This document shows positions 57,550 to 64,000 of a stretch of DNA of 64,000 nt, one piece after another. Numbering within the stretch: position 1 is the stretch's first letter; each line of letters begins with the position of its first letter. Below the pieces are notes generated by a model that saw nothing but the letters and a program-made list of their open reading frames with translations, ran no database searches and was not told the DNA's origin. The position numbers and the translations under genes are program-made. Source of the DNA: Candidatus Lustribacter sp. GTDB taxonomy: Bacteria > Vulcanimicrobiota > Vulcanimicrobiia > Vulcanimicrobiales > Vulcanimicrobiaceae. Location: contig OZ255842.1 in NCBI GenBank assembly GCA_965277805.1, forward strand, positions 1,472,001 to 1,536,000. Reading direction: 5' to 3'.

Positions 57550-59241
57550 ATGGAACCAGATACCCGCACGCTCGACGGATTCGCAGCGCTTGGTCTCGAT
57601 GAGCGCTTGATCGCCGCGCTGACATCGCTCGGATACGAAGAACCGACCGCGATCCAACGCGAAGCGATTCCGCCGTTGCTCGCCGGTAAGGACGTCTTGG
57701 GACAGGCCGCAACCGGCACCGGTAAAACGGCCGCATTTGCGCTCCCGCTCTTGCAGCGGCTGGGTGAGCCGACGGACACCGCGCGCGCGGTGCGCGGCCT
57801 CATTCTCGTGCCGACGCGTGAGCTCGCGATGCAGGTTGCCGAAGCCGTGCACAAATACAGCCGCGGCTCCGCCGTGCGCGTCGTGCCGATTTACGGCGGT
57901 CAATCGATCGTGCAGCAACTGCGCGCGCTGGAACGCGGCGTCGACGTCGTCGTCGCAACGCCGGGCCGCGCGCTCGATCATCTGCGCCGCGGTTCGCTGC
58001 GCTTGGATGCGGTGCAGACGCTAATTCTCGATGAAGCCGACGAGATGCTCGACATGGGCTTCGCCGAGGAACTCGAGGCGATTCTCGAGCACACGCCGGC
58101 CGAACGCCAAACCGCGCTGTTCTCGGCGACGGTACCCAAGCGCATCCTGGAAATTGCCAAGCGGCATTTGCGTGCGCCGGTACAAGTGAAGATCCAGCCC
58201 GAGAAACTCGCTGCCGGCGAGCGGGCGCGCGTGCGCGAGATCGCCTACATCGTGCAGCGCCGCAACAAACCGGCGGCGCTCGCCCGCGTGCTCGACATGG
58301 AAGGCCCAACGTCGACGATCGTGTTCTGCCGCACGCGCATCGAAGTCGACGAGCTTACCGAAACGCTCGGCAGCCGCGGGTATTCGGCGGAAGCGCTGCA
58401 CGGCGGTCTCTCGCAAGAACAGCGCGATCGCGTATTGCGCCGCTTCCGCGACGGCGCGAGCGAGATTCTCGTCGCGACCGACGTCGCCGCTCGCGGGCTC
58501 GACATCGACCACGTCTCGCACGTCGTAAACTTCGATGTGCCCTCGTCGCCGGATGCCTACCTGCACCGCATCGGCCGTACCGGACGCGCCGGACGTGACG
58601 GCGTTGCGGTCACCCTCGCGGAAGCGCGCGAAAGCCGGCTGCTGCGCAACATCGAGCAGTTCACAAAGCACAAGATCACGATCGAGTCGGTCCCGACCGC
58701 GCACGATCTGCGCGCGCGGCGGCTCGAGTTGATGCACACCGCGCTGGAAGAAACACTCGCGAGCGGCAACCTCGATGCGTACCGGCGCGTGATCGAATCG
58801 CTGGCCGTCGAACACGACGTACTCGACATCGCCGCCGCTGCCGCGAAGCTCGCCGACGAAGCGCGCGACGGCAGCGCCGACGACGAGGCGGATATCCCGA
58901 AGGACGTGGCGTTCGTTCAGCCGTTCGCCGAGCGGCCACGCTTCACGAAAGCCCATCCCGATGCGGCGAAGCGCATGGCGTCGGCCGACATGACGCGCAT
59001 CTACATCGATCTCGGGCGCAGCGCCGGGATCCGGCCGGCCGACCTCGTCGGCGCGATCACGAACGAAGCGAAGGTCGACGCGCGTCAGATCGGCGCGATC
59101 GATATCGCCGACGGCTTTTCGCTCGTCGAAGTGTCGAACGCGTCGGTCGACAGCATCATTGCCGCGTTGCGCGGCACGAAGCTGCGCGGCAAGCCGGTAA
59201 CGGCCCGCCGCGATCGCAAGGTCAAGGGCGTCCGGCCGTAA
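57550..59241 (+). CDS. DEAD-box RNA helicase with C-terminal DbpA-type RNA-binding domain (DeaD/CsdA-like)
   Basis: Q motif PTAIQ, ATGTGKT, PTRELA, TPGR, DEAD, SAT, ARGLD, HRIGRTGR; GIRPADLVGAI. Confidence 0.96.
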   Translation: MEPDTRTLDGFAALGLDERLIAALTSLGYEEPTAIQREAIPPLLAGKDVLGQAATGTGKTAAFALPLLQRLGEPTDTARAVRGLILVPTRELAMQVAEAVHKYSRGSAVRVVPIYGGQSIVQQLRALERGVDVVVATPGRALDHLRRGSLRLDAVQTLILDEADEMLDMGFAEELEAILEHTPAERQTALFSATVPKRILEIAKRHLRAPVQVKIQPEKLAAGERARVREIAYIVQRRNKPAALARVLDMEGPTSTIVFCRTRIEVDELTETLGSRGYSAEALHGGLSQEQRDRVLRRFRDGASEILVATDVAARGLDIDHVSHVVNFDVPSSPDAYLHRIGRTGRAGRDGVAVTLAEARESRLLRNIEQFTKHKITIESVPTAHDLRARRLELMHTALEETLASGNLDAYRRVIESLAVEHDVLDIAAAAAKLADEARDGSADDEADIPKDVAFVQPFAERPRFTKAHPDAAKRMASADMTRIYIDLGRSAGIRPADLVGAITNEAKVDARQIGAIDIADGFSLVEVSNASVDSIIAALRGTKLRGKPVTARRDRKVKGVRP

Positions 59242-59288
59242 ACAGGATCAACAGCTGCGTTGTGACGTTCGTAAAGGGGTAGCTTGTC

Positions 59289-60167
59289 GTGCCTTATAGC
59301 TTCGCTCGCTTTCTCGCTGAAACGGGACGATCGATACCGATGCCTGAGTTCGATCCGCCCTCACTTGTGCCGTTGCGCAAGCCGGTGGCGGAATCAACGG
59401 TCGGGATGTTCGTGAGTTGTGGCGTCCAGCTTCCCGAAGATCCGCCACTCCTAGAGACGGAAGACATCACGTTTCGGCTGCTACCGCGCGATGTTCCGAC
59501 CGATCGGCTCGTCGTTTCGCACCAAACGCTCGTGCGTAAGTGGGCCTTGGAAGACCTGAACGTGGCCTACCCGATCGACCGTATGAAAGAGCTGGAACGC
59601 GAGGGGACGTTCAAGCGGCTCGCCCACACGAACGTCTCCATGGTCGGCTCCATCGAGCGCTACACCGAATTGATGGAACAGACGGTGCCGCGGATAAAGG
59701 CGGTCTTCGATGCGCAGGGTGTCGACCTTGTGTTGTTGCTCCCATTCTGCCCCGCATGTCATCGGGCGACCGGCCTCATCGCTCGTGCTTTGGAGGCTCG
59801 CGGGTTGCCGACGATCAGCACGAGCGTGCTATGGGAAATGAGCGCTGCCGTAAAGCCTCCGCGCACCTGCTTCTTGGATTTTCCATTGGGTTGTCCGGCC
59901 GGCAAACCGCACGAAGCGGCACAGCAGCGCGACATTCTGCGTCGAACGCTCCAGCTCGCGCCGGAGTTCGATCCCCAAGAATGGTCGATGAAGTCGCTCC
60001 CGTTTCAATGGGACGCCGACGGAAATCGCGACTGGGAAACCGTCACGGAAGAACTCTACCGGAGCGGTGGCATCAAGATCACTGACCGGCATATGGCGGC
60101 GCACGCGAGCGTCGGCGAGTCGTTGCTCGGCAACGAGCGCGCATTCGCCGTCAAATGTAACTGCTAG
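59289..60167 (+). CDS. GrdB/PrdB-like (glycine/betaine/proline reductase selenoprotein B family) Cys-containing homolog
   Basis: LRKP, DLNVAYPIDR, VDLVLLLPFCPACH, ARALEARGLPT, PPR..F.DFPLG.PAG.P. Confidence 0.75.
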   Translation: MPYSFARFLAETGRSIPMPEFDPPSLVPLRKPVAESTVGMFVSCGVQLPEDPPLLETEDITFRLLPRDVPTDRLVVSHQTLVRKWALEDLNVAYPIDRMKELEREGTFKRLAHTNVSMVGSIERYTELMEQTVPRIKAVFDAQGVDLVLLLPFCPACHRATGLIARALEARGLPTISTSVLWEMSAAVKPPRTCFLDFPLGCPAGKPHEAAQQRDILRRTLQLAPEFDPQEWSMKSLPFQWDADGNRDWETVTEELYRSGGIKITDRHMAAHASVGESLLGNERAFAVKCNC

Positions 60168-60170
60168 GGC

Positions 60171-61817
60171 CTAAACGGGAATCGTGGCGCCCGCCCCGAT
60201 CGCGCGCGACAAAACAGCGGCGGGGTCGCCGAAACCGTCGCCGCGCCACGCGATGTGATGATCGGGGCGGACCAGCACCACATCGGCGGCGTAGAGTTCG
60301 CGTGCGACGGGATCGTCGAAGTGCACGACCGTCAGCGGAACGCGCAAGGCCGCCGCGGCCCGTTCCCACCGTTGCGCGTCGACCGGCCCGAGCACGAGCA
60401 GCGTGAAGTCGAGGCCGAACAGATCGAGCAAGGACCCCGTGCCGGCGGGACGGTGCGGTGCGCGCGCGCCCGGATACCCCGTGGGTATGTAGCGGCCCGG
60501 TTCGTCGGGCGGCGGCGGCGTGTCTTCGGCGGCAACGATCGCGCTCGTATACCGCACGCCGAGCTGCACGCCGGGAATGTTGAATTCGCTTGCGACGTGG
60601 GCGGCGAGCGCGCGCCCGAGGCGTTCGCGGGCCGCGTCGCCTTCGCTGCCGTCTTGCTCGACGAGCGGCGTGACGGGCACACGGCCGATGCTATCGGCCA
60701 TGCTGCCGGCGAACGCGGTGTTGCGTTGCGCGATCGGATGCCGTTCGGCTTCGTAGGTGTCGAGCAGCGCTTCCGGTGCCCAGCCTTGCAGGACGGCCGC
60801 GAGTTTCCAGCCCAGATTCACGACGTCGTCGACGCTCGTGTTGTATCCCATTCCGCCGGTCGGCGTAAAGAGATGCGCGGCATCGCCCGCGATCATGAGG
60901 TTGCCTTTGCGGAACACGTCGGCCACGAGCGCAAAGCCGGCGCGCCACGGCACTTTCGCGATCATCTCGTGCGCGAAAGCGGCCCCGACCGATTGCGTGA
61001 GCACCGTCTGCGCATCGATGTCGTCGGCTGTCTGACCCTCGCGTAACTGAATCATCAGCACGAACGTATTGATGCCGTCGACCGAGCACAGCAACGCGCG
61101 CTGTTGCGGGTTCACGGCCCAGTACTGCCAGGCTTGGTCTTTGCCGAGCACGCCGTAGAGTTCGTTCGAGCGGAAGTAGAGCGAGAGCATGTCGCCGCCC
61201 ATGAAGTCGCGTTTGGCCGCACCGTTGCCGCTGTAGTGGACGCCCATCGTCTGACGCACGACGCTGCGCGGGCCGTCGCAGCCGACGGCGTAGCGAGCCT
61301 CGAGCGCGGTCTTCTCGCCGCTGCGCACGTCCACGGCTTCGACGCGCACGGAGTTGCCGAGATCGGTCACGCCGGTCACGCGTTCGCCGAACCGCATGTG
61401 CACGCTCGGATAGCGCTCACCCTGCGTCTTGAGGATCGGTTCGATGTACATCTGCTGCACGCGGTGCGGCAGTTCGGGCGTCGGCCACGCCTCTTCGCTG
61501 TAATCGCCGAATGCTTGGCGCGATGCCGCTTGGCTAGCGGACGGAATGCGGAAGCGCGTGAGTTCGTGCGCGGCAAGGCGGGTGGTGTAAACGATGTCCT
61601 GCGGATACTCCCACGGCAATCCGAGCGCCCGCACCTGATCGGCGAATCCGCGCCGCCGGTAGTGCTCCATCGTGCGCGCCGAAGTTGCGTTCGCCTTGGG
61701 CAGATGCGGCGGCGTCGTGTTCTCGTCAAACACGGTGCACTCGATGCCGCGCACCCCTAATTCGATCGCCAGCATGAGGCCTGCGGGCCCGCCGCCGACG
61801 ATCGCTACGCCGGTCAA
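60171..61817 (-). CDS. FAD-dependent aromatic-ring monooxygenase (PheA/TfdB-like)
   Basis: IVGGGPAG, PKAN...RTME, GCDGPRS, AGDAAH.FTPTGGMGYN, NLGWKL, thioredoxin-like LVRPDHHIAWR tail; TTG start at 61817 inferred. Confidence 0.9.
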   Translation of the reverse strand: MTGVAIVGGGPAGLMLAIELGVRGIECTVFDENTTPPHLPKANATSARTMEHYRRRGFADQVRALGLPWEYPQDIVYTTRLAAHELTRFRIPSASQAASRQAFGDYSEEAWPTPELPHRVQQMYIEPILKTQGERYPSVHMRFGERVTGVTDLGNSVRVEAVDVRSGEKTALEARYAVGCDGPRSVVRQTMGVHYSGNGAAKRDFMGGDMLSLYFRSNELYGVLGKDQAWQYWAVNPQQRALLCSVDGINTFVLMIQLREGQTADDIDAQTVLTQSVGAAFAHEMIAKVPWRAGFALVADVFRKGNLMIAGDAAHLFTPTGGMGYNTSVDDVVNLGWKLAAVLQGWAPEALLDTYEAERHPIAQRNTAFAGSMADSIGRVPVTPLVEQDGSEGDAARERLGRALAAHVASEFNIPGVQLGVRYTSAIVAAEDTPPPPDEPGRYIPTGYPGARAPHRPAGTGSLLDLFGLDFTLLVLGPVDAQRWERAAAALRVPLTVVHFDDPVARELYAADVVLVRPDHHIAWRGDGFGDPAAVLSRAIGAGATIPV

Positions 61818-61821
61818 ATCG

Positions 61822-62427
61822 TTACTTCGCCGGCTCGGGCGCGGCAAAGGGCGTCATCCGTTGGCCGACCTTTGCGCGCCAATCGCCGTAGGGCGTGTAG
61901 CCGGGGCTCGATTCGCACATGTCTTTCGTCAGCTGGGCCAGCTCGGCGTCGGACTTCGAGAGATCGAGCGGAATGAGGAACGGCTGCGTGATGTACCACT
62001 CGGTGTCGACGAAGAACTCGAGGTTGTTGCCCTCGGGATCGTGCGCATAGATGCTCCACGCGATCCCGTGATTGGCCGGAAACAAGTCGCTGCCGCCTTC
62101 GGCCAGCAGCCGCTCGTGAATGTCGCGCAAGTCGGCGAGCGATCCCATCCGGAACGAGATCTGGTTGATGCTCGGTCCGAACTGAGCGTTGGCCGTGTTC
62201 TGCGGTAGCTTCTCCGGACGTCCGGTCGCCAGCACGATCTGATGGTGATCGTACGGATCGCGCGAGAGGAAGACGATTTGCATGCCGGCCGCTTCACCGC
62301 GATCGGTGACGGTGAAGCCCAGCGCGCGCGTGTAGAACTTTTCCATCATAGCGATATCGGTCACGCTGATGCCCATGTGGCTGAACATCAGGTTGGGAGC
62401 GGTCGTCTTTTCAGCGGTCGTGGACAT
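61822..62427 (-). CDS. VOC family protein (extradiol dioxygenase-like)
   Basis: GGAGA RBS; FSHMGI, FYTRALGF, DHHQ, NHG..WSIYAHDPEGNNLE. Confidence 0.88.
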   Translation of the reverse strand: MSTTAEKTTAPNLMFSHMGISVTDIAMMEKFYTRALGFTVTDRGEAAGMQIVFLSRDPYDHHQIVLATGRPEKLPQNTANAQFGPSINQISFRMGSLADLRDIHERLLAEGGSDLFPANHGIAWSIYAHDPEGNNLEFFVDTEWYITQPFLIPLDLSKSDAELAQLTKDMCESSPGYTPYGDWRAKVGQRMTPFAAPEPAK

Positions 62428-62437
62428 AACGGTCTCC

Positions 62438-64000
62438 TTAGACGGGTGCGGAGATGGGTGCGGTGAGTCGAGCGGGCTCGTGCCCGATCACGAGGTCGAA
62501 GATGCGATCGGGATCGCCGGCATCGCCGCGCCAAGCGATGTGCTGATCGGGACGGACCAGCAGATACGCGGTTCCGGCGAGCGCCTGCAGTTCCGCCGCC
62601 CCCGGAAGATGCAGCAGTTTGAGCGGAATTCCGCGCGCATTCGCCGCGTGCATCCATGGCGCGGCGCCGTCGACGTTGCCGAAGGCGATCAGCGTGAATT
62701 CTTGGCCGAGCCGATCGTAGAGCGCGGTGCCGTCCGAGAGCCAGACGTGCGGAAGCCGGCTGCCCGGAACCGCGTTGGGCACGTACTCGATCGGTGAATC
62801 TGGCGGTGCCGGTGCGCCGTCCGCGGCGACGATGGGCGAGCCGTAGTAGCTTACGCCGAGCTGGATGCCCGGCGTGTCGTACTCCCAGCGCGCGAATTGC
62901 ATCAAGTGCGCGCTCGCCGCTGCGCGCGCTGCGTCGCCGGCTGCGGTGTTCGCTTCAATATCGGCACTCACCGGTGCCGCACCGTTGCGGCGCGCTAAGG
63001 TCAACGCGTACGCGGTGTTGCGCTCGGCGATTGGTTTGCGTTCCGACTCGTAACTCTCCAGCAGCGCGAACGGCGCCCAACCCGCTTCGACGGCCGCGAT
63101 TTTCCAGGCCAAGTTGACGGCGTCTTCGATGCCGGTGTTCAAGCCGAAGCCGCCGGTCGGGGTAAAGAGATGGGCGGCATCGCCGGCGAGAAAGCAGCGG
63201 CCGCGGCGGAAGCGATTGGCGACTAGGCTCACGCCAGCGCGCCATTCGGCGGCGGAGATGACCTCGCACGGCGTCGGTGCGCCGACCACTTCGGCCAGTA
63301 CGTCCGCGAACGGCTTCGCGTCGTTCGGATCGGCCGGGAATTGATAGTGCATCAGGTAGAGATCGCGCTCGGCATCGAGCGCCAGCAGCAACGCGCGCAG
63401 GTGCGGAAGAAGGATCCAATTCTGCCACGCGTGCGGGTGGCGCAGGCGGCGCTGCAAACCGGGCGCGCGGAAGTAGGTCGCTTCCATGCGGCCGCCCATA
63501 AACGTGAGGTCGACCCCGCCTTCGCCCTGCAGGCGTTCGCCGATTGCGTTGCGGACGAAACTGCGCCCGCCGTCGCAACCGATGGCGTAGAGCGCGCGCT
63601 CGGTCTCGCGTTCGCCCTGCGCCGTTTCGGCCTCGAGCGTCACGCCGTGGCCGTCGTCTGCCAGCGCCGTCACGCGCCGTCCGAACCGCACGTCGACGCT
63701 CGGAAATTGGCGCGCGCGTTCGAGCAGTACGGGTTCCAAGATCAGCTGGCTCGTGCGAAACTGCGGTTCGGGCGTCGGCCAGCGCGTATGCGGGCGGCGC
63801 GTCTCCTCGACCGCGCCGGCCGGCGTCGGGAGCGAAACGCGATGCAGTTCGTGGCCGAGTAAGCGCGTGTAATAAGCGACGTCCGTTCGCTGCTCTTTCG
63901 AGAGCCCGCGCGCGCGGAGCGCCCCGCTGATTCCGTGGCGCCGGTAGATCTCCATCGAGCGCGCGGTGTGGGTATTCGCCTTCGGATGCGTCGACGTCGT
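62438..64000 (-). CDS. FAD-dependent aromatic-ring monooxygenase (5' end beyond the window)
   Basis: Frame stays open to the window edge (HPKANTHTARSME); GCDGGRS, AGDAAH.FTPTGGFGLNTG, LVRPDQHIAWR; paralog of 60171. Confidence 0.9.
   Translation of the reverse strand, partial: TTSTHPKANTHTARSMEIYRRHGISGALRARGLSKEQRTDVAYYTRLLGHELHRVSLPTPAGAVEETRRPHTRWPTPEPQFRTSQLILEPVLLERARQFPSVDVRFGRRVTALADDGHGVTLEAETAQGERETERALYAIGCDGGRSFVRNAIGERLQGEGGVDLTFMGGRMEATYFRAPGLQRRLRHPHAWQNWILLPHLRALLLALDAERDLYLMHYQFPADPNDAKPFADVLAEVVGAPTPCEVISAAEWRAGVSLVANRFRRGRCFLAGDAAHLFTPTGGFGLNTGIEDAVNLAWKIAAVEAGWAPFALLESYESERKPIAERNTAYALTLARRNGAAPVSADIEANTAAGDAARAAASAHLMQFARWEYDTPGIQLGVSYYGSPIVAADGAPAPPDSPIEYVPNAVPGSRLPHVWLSDGTALYDRLGQEFTLIAFGNVDGAAPWMHAANARGIPLKLLHLPGAAELQALAGTAYLLVRPDQHIAWRGDAGDPDRIFDLVIGHEPARLTAPISAPV

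Noticed and set aside
59289-60167. Selenocysteine recoding in the GrdB-like gene
   Set aside because: The active-site codon is TGC and there is no in-frame TGA

Overview
High-GC bacterial chromosomal window, densely coding, with no rRNA, tRNA, CRISPR array, prophage or IS recognised. The gene mix (PASTA kinase, RqcH, SpoIID, HU with a lysine-rich tail, plus an Mla system whose MlaD ends in a beta-rich domain) suggests a diderm Terrabacteria lineage, possibly Eremiobacterota/Vulcanimicrobiota. That assignment is inference only. Left to right: carA, a BatD-like/MoxR/DUF58/VWA module, pdxH and an epimerase; three orphan LivJ-type binding proteins around a luciferase-like monooxygenase; MFS plus NTP-transferase; a long + strand run (carB, Cys-rich hypothetical, PBP, pknB, ruvCAB, spoIID, PilZ, queA) continuing into an 8-gene signalling island; rqcH; gmk-rpoZ-glmS-rph-mlaEFD-rhomboid-panE; hup; esterase, RidA, cupin; psuK-psuG-pgi-gnd-VOC; orphan SsuA/NMT1-type binding proteins with a Xer recombinase; DEAD-box helicase; a Cys-type GrdB/PrdB-like protein; two FAD monooxygenases flanking a VOC gene. 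The most unusual element is the signalling island (24811-32768): Hpt, REC-HD-GYP, two Cph1-family histidine kinases with no sensor domain, three paralogous Rcp1-like receivers and a REC-GAF-GAF-GGDEF(degenerate)-EAL protein. One kinase carries seven exact-register 90-bp (30-aa) repeats of a signalling-helix-like motif in place of a sensor. Several core genes (queA, gmk, pbp) appear to need non-canonical start codons. All product calls come from motif recognition by eye; no database search was run.
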